DNA of 64,000 nt. Source: Octopus vulgaris. Its lineage: Eukaryota. The DNA is taken from positions 83,328,001 through 83,392,000 of the forward strand of contig OX597831.1 of the NCBI GenBank assembly GCA_951406725.2. Reading direction: 5' to 3'. A model generated the notes under the pieces. That model searched no databases. It saw only the letters and a list, made by a program, of their open reading frames with translations, and had not been told where the DNA came from. The position numbers were made by a program, and so were the translations under genes. Below are positions 13,021 through 24,965 of this stretch, in pieces. Within the stretch, counting starts at the first letter, position 1; each line of letters starts with the position of its first letter.

Positions 13021-14170
13021 CAAGATAATAGGTATCAACACTTTAGCCGTTCCAGTTATACGTTACAGCTACAATATCCTTAACTGGACACTAAATGAAC
13101 TGACCAAAATAGATAGGAAAACAAGAAAAATAATGACAGGCTATATATACAACGTATAGAAGGTGGTAGAAGTCTTATACAGCTGGAAAACTATTATAAA
13201 ATAACCACCATAGGACTGCAAAAATATCTACTTCAGAAGGAAGGAAAACTGATACAAATAGCGGCAAAACACGAGCAAAATAAAAAAAAAACTTTTCTCA
13301 GTATTTAAAGAAGCTGACAAATACAAACAAGAAATCATACTACCTAACAAATATGGAGAAGAAGAAGAAGAAGAAGTAGAAGAAGAAGAAGAAGAAGAAG
13401 AAGAAGAAGAAGAAGAAGAAGAAGAAGAAGAAGAAGAAGAAGAAGAAGAAGAAGAAGAAGAAGAAGAAGAAGAAGAAGAAGAAGAAGAAGAAGAAGAAGA
13501 AGAAGAAGAAACAACAAAAGCTATAAAACAAATGAAATCAAAACTAAAACTAGAACAGCAAATAACCATGATAAAACGATGGCAAGAAAAGCCTAAACTA
13601 AATGCAAAAGAAATAGACAAAGAAAAATCCCAGCAATGGTTGAGAAGCTCAGGACTCAAAGCAGAAACAGAAGGTTTTTTAATTGCAGCACAAGACCAAA
13701 GCCTCCCAACCAGAAATTACCAAAAACATGTAATGAAAAGAAATATTAACAAGTAACTGCAGAATATGTGGAGATGGACAAGAAACAATAAATCATATTA
13801 TCTCTGGCTGCCCAGTCCTGGCTAAGAAGGAATATATTCACAGACACGACAAAGTTTGGACCTATATACACTGGAAGCTATGCCAACATTATGGAATAAC
13901 AACAGAAAAAAAGATGGTATAGGCACACACCAGAAAAGGTCACAGAAAATGAGAAAGCAACCATATTCTGAGATATGCCAATACACACAGATAGAGAAAT
14001 TAAGGCCAATAGATCAGATATAGTGGTCAGAGATCATGAAGAAAAAAATGCTTTCTAATTGATGTATCAATACCGGCTGATGAAAACGTGTCTCTAAAAG
14101 AAATGGAGAAACTCTCAAAATACAAAGACCTGGAAATAGAGGTAACAAGAATGTGGAACCTAAAAATGAA
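13018..14170 (+). mobile_element. R4/Dong-clade RLE LINE, 5'-truncated, decayed
   Basis: INTLAVPVIRYSYNILNW, EGGR.L, ETEGFLIAAQDQSL, CCHC knuckle CRIC..ETINHIISGC, RHD, RLE ANRSDIV..IDVSIP..KLSKYKDL; in-frame (GAA)n 13357-13510. Confidence 0.9.
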
Positions 14171-14213
14171 ACAGGGGGGAGGGAGGGAGGGAGGGAGGGA
14201 GGGGAGGAGGAGG

Positions 14214-14395
14214 ATCCGGTAACGATAGGGTGCCATATTTCTGGTTCGCATCGTTCCTGTGCGCACACGAAAAGTGAGTTCAAGTATTCAATGGAATTAT
14301 GAAAGATCCTAGTAGTATTACTTACTACCGAAGAATAAAGAAACCAATGTTCCAAAAGAACCTATTTATTTCCATTTATAAAACTTTAACTCGTG
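14214..14395 (+). mobile_element. Small R4/Dong RT N-terminal fragment
   Basis: SGNDRVPYFWFASFLCAH..IMKDP..PKNKETNVPK resembles SPSNDRGPNFWLGSLPCAH..PKNNETKFPQ at 21.1-21.3 kb. Confidence 0.65.
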
Positions 14396-14756
14396 AGGCT
14401 TCTACCAAAGAAGAAATTCTCTCTCATCTGCCTTTCAGCCTCGTCCACCAGACAACCACTTTCGCCGCTGCCGCCACCAGGCAATGAAAAGCTGCCTTAC
14501 CTGCCGGATTAAAGGAAATCGGTAAGGCAATCCTTACTATGGACTCGGCCTACAGATAGATCCATCTTACACGCAACAGTAGCTATTCGTCATAATCCCA
14601 CTGGTTGGCAATGCCTGGATACTGAACGAGTGCGTGCAGACCGGTTTCAATAGTAATGCTTTTAAGAATCAACGCTGAGAATCGCTAAATAGTTGGCTGC
14701 CACAGAAATTCAACTGAGGCGTCACTAATTCGATATATACATGTTTGTGTGAGCGC

Positions 14757-14801
<45 letters not shown>

Positions 14802-14809
14802 TGTGTAAA

Positions 14810-15640
14810 CTGTTGCCAAGTAATTGATTTATTTGCTATGTGACCTTCAGTCCAAGGGGATTTAATGGTGCTGGTGAGGTCCTGTCTAAGCTTATCTAGT
14901 ATGTGGTCATTTGCCTCTCTTGATATTACCAATGTGTCATACCTGTAGAGGCAAAGTTAAGGAAAAAGAACTTCTTTTTGAGCAAATCTTGGATGGAGAA
15001 ACCAACATGGTCACACACTCAGCATTTCAAAAGCACCCATTGCTAGATCGAGGGGACCTTCTGGGTCAGTTCATTTTTTCCCCGGCCGACCCATTGCTAA
15101 AGTGTCGGGTTCTTCTGAAGTGCATGATAATGTCCTCGTCACTAACTTCTGTGTAGGCCCTAGCAAAGTCCAGTGCCTTAAAACGGAGCTCCTTCGATAC
15201 GTGTAAAAGTCCACTACATCGAATTGGGTAAATCAAGCTCTACTCATTCCACTATTAGTTCTAAACCATGGGCGAGGCCAGAAGCACTTCTAACGCTGTT
15301 ATTGATCTTCCTGATGACCTGTTTGCTCATCTGTCCGGTCTCAGGCTTTACAGAGTTTACCAGCCTGCAATTGGGATTAGAGGCAAAGTTTTGTTTATGG
15401 TCCTTGATCGTAATGAAGGATTCTTTCTGCACAAGTGTCTCTAACCTATCTTCTTTATTTAGTTTAACAGCTATAGTCTTGACCGCATAGTTAATGCTAT
15501 CATAAGCTTGAGGGACTGCCCTCCTGCACGTTTGTTTAATGCTTTTGTTAAGTAGCTGTGCATATGTACCTTTACTTAGACTATACAGATTTTTAGTCAT
15601 CTCGGAGAAAAGAAGTGTCCTATTACAAGATCTAAGTCTA
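14810..15640 (-). mobile_element. Penelope-like RT fragment (Naiad-like)
   Basis: SFITIKDHKQNFASNPNCRLVNSVKPETGQMSK, FDVVDFY, decayed MGAF..AEC and LYRYD motifs in RT order, frameshifted. Confidence 0.7.
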
Positions 15641-15779
15641 CGGATATGTGTGTGTGTGCGTACGCGCGCATGTGTGTATTTATATATAATATATATATAC
15701 ATATACATATATATATATACATACATACATATTCACACACATACACGTACACGCGCGCGCGCACACACCCACATATATA

Positions 15780-16278
15780 CAAGGTGTCGCAAAAGTCACT
15801 GATAAGTTTCAATTTTTAATAACTTGCTTAAATTTACAAATAAATGCATGAAATTTTCAAACAATAGAAAGGACATAAGGAAAATTAATATGGTCAAGTC
15901 AAATTTTGTAACCCTACTGCATCACATATGAAAAATGGTAGCCATTTTCGGCTTCGCACGCCCGTGCTCTTTCCAAAACTTGTACCATTACACCCTCAAG
16001 AGTTTCAGGGCCCACTTCTCTGATTTATCTATTGATGTTCTCCTTCAGTTGCACCAGGGTCTCCCCACAAGAAAAATCCGAGCTAGTCAAATCTGGGGTC
16101 ATTCAAAGTCTGAGGCCATTCAAAGTAGACCTCATACATGGTTCCTGCAAGATGGGGCAAGTGCTCACACAGCAACAGAAACAATGCAGTTGCAACGGCA
16201 GTGTTTTGGAGAGAGAATAATCTCCCGCTACGGCAATGCCAACTGGCTTTCACGTTCTCCAGACTTTGGGACACCCTG
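15780..16278. mobile_element. Internally deleted and rearranged Tc1/mariner relic
   Basis: TIRs CAAGGTGTCGCAAAAGTC / rc CAGGGTGTCCCAAAGTC, TA flanks; WFLQDGASAHT..WLSRSPD on +, PDLTSSDF..LWG..RACEAENGYHF on -. Confidence 0.8.
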
Positions 16279-16342
<64 letters not shown>

Positions 16343-16493
16343 CTCAAAGGAATTCCCACTCTGTTTTTATGTTTTATATTCTTATAATATTAATATAGGA
16401 CATAGAATATAGTAAGAAAGAAATGAAATGAAGTATTGATTGTCTTATTGAACAAATGAAATATTGAAAATTAAAAAGTAAATGTCTTCTCAT

Positions 16494-16536
16494 TGAACTC
16501 GTATACATTTTTGCATTTAAGCATTCACCAGGTTCA
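16494..16536 (-). ncRNA. Decayed hammerhead-like motif
   Basis: Minus strand: TGAAC-CTGGTGA-a-TGC..GCA-AAAA-TGTATACG-A-GTTCA; topology kept but several core mutations. Confidence 0.35.
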
Positions 16537-16613
16537 GATTGTAACAGGAACACTTCGACGTTAATGTAGAACGATGGAATGGGTGCTCAACACCGTATTG
16601 GTTGATAAATAAT

Positions 16614-16840
16614 TTCTTTATTTGTGAATTAAGGCTACCATTGGTTTCATGTTAAGGAGAGCAGGAAAATGTCCAAGTATGTTCACAAGTTTTCAAGCCG
16701 ATCACATGGAGAAAGGTGTTCGCCTCCAAAATGGACGTGAACACCTTTCTCCATGTGCCCGGCTTGAAAAATTAAGATATTTGGATATCTTCCTACTCTT
16801 CTTAACATGAAACCAATGGTAGCCTTAATTCACAAATAAA

Positions 16841-16843
<3 letters not shown>
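16614..16843. repeat. ~230-bp fold-back inverted repeat
   Basis: Outer arms TTCTTTATTTGTGAATTAAGGCTACCATTGGTTTCATGTTAAG perfectly complementary; inner CACATGGAGAAAGGTGTTC also paired. Confidence 0.9.
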
Positions 16844-16909
<66 letters not shown>

Positions 16910-17037
16910 TTTGTGAGAAAGAGAGAGGGTGTATAATCTTTAAAATGAATTATATCAGTGACTGGCTTATAAAGAACGATCATATCAGTAAATTTAATTT
17001 TTAAGAGCATAATTATAAAAATATAATTATAATAAAT

Positions 17038-17162
17038 GGGTTCGGCAAAAGACATCGATAGAATAAGTCCTAGGCTTATAAAGATTGTTCGACTAAAACC
17101 CATCAAGGCGGTGCTCCCGCATGGCCGCAATGAAATGACTGGCACAAGTAAAGGAATAAAAG
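17038..17162 (+). mobile_element. SINE 3' fragment (same family as 1881-2341)
   Basis: GGTTCGGCAAAAGA..GATAGAATAAG..AAGGCGGTGCTCCCGCATGGCCGCA. Confidence 0.75.
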
Positions 17163-17176
17163 AATACATACATACA

Positions 17177-17245
<69 letters not shown>

Positions 17246-17449
17246 ATAGATAGATAGATCGATATACGAACATCACCCCCCATACACCCACCTATTTTTG
17301 CTATTTGGAGAAGCTCCTGCTTTGCTCGGTTACTTTTTATTGCGTTTTCCTTCAAACTAAAACGGTCTCAAGCAACATAACTTTCATTATTATATAGTTT
17401 ACTAAGTACATTCACTCATCCTCCCTCTGTCTGTCTGTCTGTCTGTCAG

Positions 17450-17482
<33 letters not shown>

Positions 17483-18789
17483 TTCCTACTCATTCTGTCT
17501 CTCCCCCACTCTATTTCTCCAATATAATCGATTCATGAGGGCGAAGGCAAAAACCAACACCACCCGTTGCCTATCAATATATAGGTCAATGTAATTTTTT
17601 AAACGTATTCCAGCTCCGGCATTTTCCCGCTACTTCCACTCTACACAAGCAATGAACGGAAAAATCAATAGATCGCTGCCTTTTTTTCTTTTTTACTTTC
17701 AGAATTACATTTTTTTATTTTACATTTTAACCCGCAATAAATATGATTTAAAAAAAAACAACTTCTAAATGAATCAAATGAATATAAACGATAAATAAAA
17801 AGGGATGGGGAACTGTTTTATATTGTTTTGTTACGAATGATAAATATTGTATAAGGTGTATACATAAATACATATACATATACATATATTTAAATGGATG
17901 ATTGAATTATCCTTTGTTTACCAGGGTAGCAAAATTCACGCAAGTAACACGGTTAATGTGTAGTAATTTGTGTAGTATAAGTAAATAAATGGAGTTGAAC
18001 GAAGATGTTATTAAAATTCTTTTTCTTTCGACATATACGCACACACGTACGCGTGCACAAACGCGCGCGCGCACACACATCACACACGCAGAATATTACG
18101 TTCAAATGCTTTCCAGAGATTCAATATATGCTAGCTTATTGCAACTAAATGCCTTCTGTGTAATGGTTTACTGACCCCAGTCTAGGTTGGTTGATATTGT
18201 TAAACTATGATGTGCTTGAAATATGTCCACCAAACTCTTTTTCTTCTTCCATTTCAGCTTCTTTAATTCGTGCGAAAATATTTATAATGCCTGTAGAGCT
18301 AAAAGAAAATTCCACCCCTCTCTCCATCTATTCACTCCACACACACACACACACACACACACAGAACGCAACTGTCACATTAATCAATTGTCTATTTCCT
18401 GTCAATATGCCAGTTGTCTGTCGGTGAATCATCGAAATGAAAACTTACCGAAATACTTCTCTCTTACTCCCCATCCCCGCTAAATACTTCACCCCCCCAT
18501 CCCCGACTCTCTAATATTCTCTTACTGCTGCTGTTAATCGAGACTGACATAAAGTCACCGTGATCTTATTGGAAGCATCACCCGTCAAGGGGTCCGACGC
18601 ACAATTGGAGGCAATAGACAAGAGTCAGGAGAAGGAGAGGTAAAAACAAACAAAAAAAACAACAGGAAAATGGAATTTTAAATTATGACCCGTTATCCAC
18701 ACCATCCGACTCAAAACAAGAAAGTGTTCATCGCTATCTCTGGGTGTGCTAGACAACAGTAAAAGTATAAAGCCGATGGTTATGATGTG

Positions 18790-18890
18790 GAGTCCAAATT
18801 CCGCCTTTTATCCTTTTGGGGTCGATAAAATAAGTACCAGATGTAATCGACTTATATCCTCCCCCAAAATTGCTGGCCTTGTGCCAAAAT
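18790..18890 (+). mobile_element. SINE fragment
   Basis: TCCTTTTGGGGTCGATAAAATAAGTACCAG core shared with 21610-21640. Confidence 0.6.
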
Positions 18891-21399
18891 TATTATTTTC
18901 ATTAGCATCTTCTTTCAATTCTGTTTCCATTTCTTGACGAGTGTCTTCCTGACACCTAGGGCATAGAAACGTACTACATACATTAGTAGGCCATTAAAAT
19001 AAACCCTCCAGATTGTTCATTTACAAAGTCATATGATAGAGAAAAAGGGGAAGAACGACAGAGAGAAAAAAGAAAAAACAAAAAACAAAAATGTAAACAA
19101 ATAAAATAAAAGGGGGAAAAAGAAAGAAAATTCTCAGAGACAATGCTCTTCTCAATACGAGTGACCAGTTACCAGTAAAGACAATCCTTTGTACTTCTTG
19201 CATGGATAGTAAGCCAGGGATCATTCTTAGATAATTTTCAGTTCCTTTTTTGATCATTGCAAGTGCTCCTACAATCACTGGTATTGTAACCGTCTTGAAA
19301 TGCCACATCTTTTCGATTTCGATTTGCAAATCTTTATATTTTCTGAGCTTATCAAATTCTTTTGCCGAGATATTATGGTCACAGGGTTCGCTCATGGCAA
19401 TCAATAAACAGACTTTATTGTTTTGGTCATCCACAACAATATCTAGTTTATTTGCTTTGATGGTCCTTTCTGTACATATTGGGAAGTCCCAAAGAATCAT
19501 TACATTTTCTCCCTCAGTTACAGCCTCAGGGTGGTTCTTGTACCATTTATCATCAGTTTTGATTTTATAATGACGAAACATTATCCAGTGTGGATATTGG
19601 CCAACTCTGTCATGTCTTGATTTGTACTCTACAGGTGCTAAAACCTTACATCCAGAGATTAGGTGGTCTATTGTCTCAATCCCATTGTTGCAGTATCTAC
19701 ATTTTGGGTCTACACCATCCGTAGTTCTCGGTCAATAAGCTCTGATCTTGGACAGCCAAGATAAAGCTTTCACTCTCTGTCTTTAACCTTGAGCGCCATA
19801 GCCACTGATGGGTGTGCTTCTGGTCTACATCAGCTTGTTTGCTACGGGCCACATATTTGCCATGCAGAGGTTTTTATCCCCACCTATCAGCCAATTTTTC
19901 AAACGCATTTTGCTTTGCTACTGATTTCCCCTTCTTTGCAACTACAATTGCTGCACTTCCATCATGCTGTTCAACCTGGGTGTTATGCATAAACTCACTT
20001 GCAAATTTTTTGCTCTCCTTCATATTATAATGAAGCTTCTTACGTCTTTTATGGTTTTCAACGAGATTTAGCATCCAGTCGTTAGATGTTTCAAGATATT
20101 TTACCAGTCCAAATGTGGTGGTTTTGTGAGAGGTTTCAAACTGGATCAAGCCTCGACCACCTTCAGTTCCGAGTAGGTAAAGACGATCTACATCTGCCTT
20201 TGGATGGAATTTATTTCACTCATATTCTAGTTCAACACATTGAAACTGTAAATAACAACCGGAACTGCTAAGGAACTTATAGCTAACACCTTGTCACGTG
20301 CATTCAACTCGGATTTTAAGGCTGCTCAAACTCTCCTGTAACACTCCTTCCAGATCCTCTCTTTCATACATGCATGTTGAATGCCAGAACCCTAATTTAT
20401 TCCGGGGTATTTGTAAGTTTATTCCTGCTCGAGTTCTTTTATGATTGTGTCAACATGCAATACCACTGAACGTGAGGTCTTCAATTTCCCTTTCTGGAAA
20501 GTGGCCTTGGCACATTTATCAACACCAAATTCCATTCCAATGTCATCACTAAATGCTTTTACAGTCCTTCACGCTCATTATCGTCTTTGCCATAGAGTTT
20601 TAAGTCATCCATATAAAATAGATGACTTATTTTCTTGTCGCCAATTTTATATCCATACCTTGTTCTATTAAGTTCACTTGTAAGGCGTATTAGAGCTATG
20701 CAAAAGATTAAAGGTGAAAGTGAGTCACCTTGGAAAATGCCGCAGTTGATATTAATATATTTTTGTGGTAAGTACTCCATTAGAGTGGTATAATTGGAGA
20801 CTGATATTCCACACTGGCATGTTGTACTTCAGGAAGTTTGAAATCACGAGAGAAATTTTGAAAATATCCAGCGATTTCAAGATCCATGAATGTGGTATGC
20901 TGTCGAAGGCCTTTCTATAATCAATCCATGCAGAACTGAGATTTTTGCGTTTGTTATGACATTTCTCAAGGATCATACGATTAAGAGTTGGTCTTTGTAT
21001 CCATATGAGCCTCGTCGGCACCCTTTTTGTTCAGTGGAGAAAATATCGTTCTGTTCCATAAATTTGTATGTTTTTTCTCTATGTGGAGGGATGTTAAAAT
21101 TTTGTACGTGGTTGATAGACATGTTATGGGCCGATAGTTTTGGGGAAATTTGGTTTCATTATTCTTCGGCAGTAGGTAAGTAATACCTCTTGCTAACCAA
21201 TCAGGTGTTTCCGTAGGATCTCTCGTAATTTCATCGAACGACTGGACTATCTTTCCGTGTGCGCACGGGAGCGAGCCGAGCCAGAAATTTGGCCCCCTAT
21301 CATTACTAGGGGATCTCCACTTATGAGCCTTCGTGTCTGCCTTAGGTCTGCTATTGTGATGCTTTTCCATGCTTGTTCTGGTAAGTTTTGGCAGGATCC
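18891..21399 (-). mobile_element. R4/Dong-clade RLE LINE, 5'-truncated, 3' end intact, many frameshifts
   Basis: NYRPITCL, AWIDYRKAFDSIPH, GIFQGDSLSPL, FYMDDLK, RLE KANKLDIV..KLRKYKDL..IPVIVGAL; TAA tail at 18891 and (TTA)n at 21400-21500. Confidence 0.92.
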
Positions 21400-21430
21400 T
21401 TATTATTATTATTACTATTATTATTATTAC

Positions 21431-21472
<42 letters not shown>

Positions 21473-21500
21473 CATTATTATTATTATCATTATTATTATT

Positions 21501-21720
21501 AAAGCGACGAACTGGCAGAATCGTTAGCACGCCGGGCAAAATGCTTAGCGGCATTTCGTCCGTCTTCACGTTCTCAAGTTCAGATTCTATCAGGGTCGAT
21601 TTTATCTTTCATCCTTTCGGGGTTGATAAAATAATTACCAATTGAGCCCTGGGTTCGATGTAATCAACTAACCCCTCACCCACCCAAATTTCAAGCCTTG
21701 AGCTTATAGTAGGAAGGATC
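21501..21720 (+). mobile_element. SINE (same family as 11476-11647)
   Basis: CTGGCAGAATCGTTAGCACGCCGGGCAAAATGCTTAGCGG..TCATCCTTTCGGGGTTGATAAAATAA. Confidence 0.85.
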
Positions 21721-22012
21721 ATCATCATCAATCCACGGCTACACTATATACATAGAGAGTGAGCAACAGCCCTGACTTCGGTAGCTTCAGCCGGCTCCAG
21801 TCTTGTTTTTAAAAGTAAGATTGTTCTAGTACGCAGCGGCTTCTGCTTTGTCTCAGACAAAATGGTTACCTAAGGATACCATTTTGATTCTCCAGCTCGG
21901 TTTGTCAACTTAACATGGAATGATAGGATCAGGAACAGTCGTCCTAAAGAAAACTAGGTTCCCTTTAACCGCTCCTATCTAGTTGTATGAAAAATTAGGG
22001 GAGAACGAGACC

Positions 22013-22688
22013 AGAATCTTTTCAGTTTGGCTGCCAATTTTCGAAAATTCAGAGTTTATTGAAAATTTTAAAATTTGGTCCAAGCTGAATCTCAGGAGAT
22101 ATTTCTCTTCTTCTCAGAAAAAAAAAATGAATTTTTAAAGTTGTAGAGGTTTGAAGTTTGATAATTTTTTATCGTCAGAAAAAAGGATTTGGAAGCTGTC
22201 ATTTTGTGCGTGACAGAACGTGTTGTCAACCGTAAGCAAAGGAAAGTCTGCATTACTTTTTTATGTTTTGAAATTTTCAGAAAATATTCAAGAATTTGTA
22301 TTTTACACACGGTTATGCAAAACACAACACAAAAAAGTTATGGTGCCTGATTTAAGGCCTGCTTAGCTGTTATTTTTAGCACATCTCATCATCATCTCAA
22401 TGAATAGAATATATTTGTCAACACGTGCTTCTCGCAGACAAAAGAGTTCTCACATTTGGTTTGTTACTATGGAAACAGGCATGAATGTGTTTGTGGCTTA
22501 CGATTGGCTAGAATTACACAAAATTTGAAAACTTCAAAAGCTATTAACTCTTTATTTATTGATTTATGGCGAAAATGAATTTGAAGGCATTGATTAGCAT
22601 ATAAAACTATATCATTACACCGAATATGAAATTAATTCGAGCAGAAATTGAAGAGATTGAAAACTGGCTGCCAAACAGAAGAGATCCC
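22013..22688. mobile_element. Putative non-autonomous TIR element (MITE)
   Basis: Imperfect ~30-bp TIRs AGAATCTTTTCAGTTTGGCTGCCAATTTTC vs rc GGGATCTCTTCTGTTTGGCAGCCAGTTTTC; AT-rich non-coding interior. Confidence 0.6.
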
Positions 22689-23114
22689 GAGATCGAGATA
22701 CGAAAAAGTGGTTAAACGTAACCCGAGGCGGTAACTGGGAACTGATTAGTACAGCTGGCCCCAGAAATTGAAGAGAGAACCTAATGGAGGAGATCTATTC
22801 ACTTTTGATACAACCCATGTGAACACAAATGCATTGATGCAAGCACACTAACTGATGTGTACACATAAATACACGATACGCAGTAAACATACATATATAT
22901 ATAGATGTGTGTGTGTGTGTGTGTGAGCACATGCTAACTTTACTCCTCCCACCGTTAAATTTCGAGAAGCGTTAACGATAGATTTTAGAATGGCACATTC
23001 CTGAACAATTTCTGAGGAATTCACAAAATACAATATACAAAAATTTGATAAGAAATGAAGCTAGAAGTTGTCATGTTTTCAATACATGTTCAACAGGAAA
23101 GCTGTTTCACACAC

Positions 23115-23147
<33 letters not shown>

Positions 23148-24928
23148 GATATATATATGAGAGAAAGAAAGCGCGAAAGAAAGGCGTCTCTAACTTAATA
23201 TGTCTTTAGGTGAAGACGTAGAAATAAAATCAAAAGCCTTTGGTTGTATATTTGATTTTCTTCTCTATCTCCAATTCCTGCTTTTAGCAACTTGTTTGAC
23301 CTGAAATTCTTTGAGACATTCTCTGAAGCTGAAATACTTTCCCATTACGACAGAAATGAAATAATTACATTTTGTCGATAATTATACATTGTATTTGAAA
23401 GGAAAAGAAATTGAGTGATTTGCTCGTTAAATCTATACGAAATAGCATTATGACAATATATTAATGGCGTTTACTTTTAGCGAGAACCAGTGATTATCAT
23501 AAATCTTGTTTAGCACAATATAGGTAAAGTAGCCATAATCACAAGTAATGGTGATCAGGCATTGAAATTATAAGAACCGCAAGGAGAAAATGAGTGTGTG
23601 AATAACACAACCACCTATAATTTGTTTGGGACCGAGAAAGAGAGTAATAATGGAAGGAGTCTTGTCTTCGGAGAGACAAGGTTCATTCCACAAACTTTAA
23701 TCATTTCATGTTTGAGAATGAAGTGAGATCTGGTAGAGAAGGAGGATTCATTTCAATAAATACAAGAAATTATTTCTCTAAAAACAATTTAATCTGTATT
23801 CTTTAGTTGTTGAAACTGTTCCTATAACAAATCTGATTTAGACGCTTGAGGAAAGGTGGCGAGAAGTAAAGCAGGGTTTTCAAAAAGGGAGCTTCTACTA
23901 CATGTAAAACCTTTCACGACTCTTTGTGTTGCAAAGACTGGTGTAAGATCTACTCTCAACAGGTTCCCTACTTTAATTAAAATAGAGATCACCTTGTTAA
24001 TATTGAAACAATGACAATCAAAGAAAGAAAGTCTTTCTCTCTGCTTAGCCTGTTTCTTTCCATTCAATTACTTTTCCCGCCTTCCTTCTTACACTGTTTC
24101 TCTTACAACTTTTCTTTCACGCTTGAAGGTCACGTGGTCTTATCTACCTTATCGTTTGCAGCCAGTTTTTAACTCAAAGCATCTAAAACTTTTCCGTCTC
24201 TCACTAATTTCTTTCCTTTCAAATTTTCTCCTGAAGAAGGACTCCTGCCAGAAGCATTGGATTTTCTTTTCCTCACAGAACTTCCGTTTATTCTTTCCAT
24301 CGATTTTGCTACATAGTTTAAATAATGTCGACGTAGAACAACATCAGCCTCGTTGGAATGTATGGTTGATCATATGTGTGTGCGTTTGTGTGTGTGTGTT
24401 AAAAGTTAAAACACAGCCGGACTGATATTGTTTTGTGGGTCCACAGGGAGAAAATATGGTCTATTGTTGAGATCAGCAGTCCTTTTGCCATCAATGGGGT
24501 TAGAAAATGCAAAAGAAGGACATCTATGGACTGTAGATAAAGAGTTTAACAATCCAGTACCCAATATATACTTTCAGATTTAAACATCAAATTGGAGCAA
24601 CAGAATACACAACAATCCATCTGAATGAAAGTATGACTGAAATTGGGATCTTGGGGAGAGAACGCAAATCCTTAACTGATTCACTACGAATGATCATGAT
24701 ATCAGAGATTCTAAAGATCTGTAAAACCTTCTTAAGATTTGAAGAATGATGAACAAAACAAGATGTTTCGTTCACGATTTTGCAACCAAGTAGGTGACCG
24801 GTCAAAATCTATTCTCAATTAAAAAGGAAAAGAAAACATACATACACGCATGCATACATACATACACGCATGCATACATACATACATACATACATACATA
24901 CATACATACATACATACATACATACATA

Positions 24929-24965
24929 CGTGGTCTGATCCATAAGAATCCGGACTGTTACTATA
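24929..24965. mobile_element. Solo mariner-like TIR fragment
   Basis: TA-CGTGGTCTGATCCATAAGAATCCGGACT resembles the TIR TA-CGAGGTGGTATCAAAAGGTTCTCGGACT at 59614. Confidence 0.35.
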
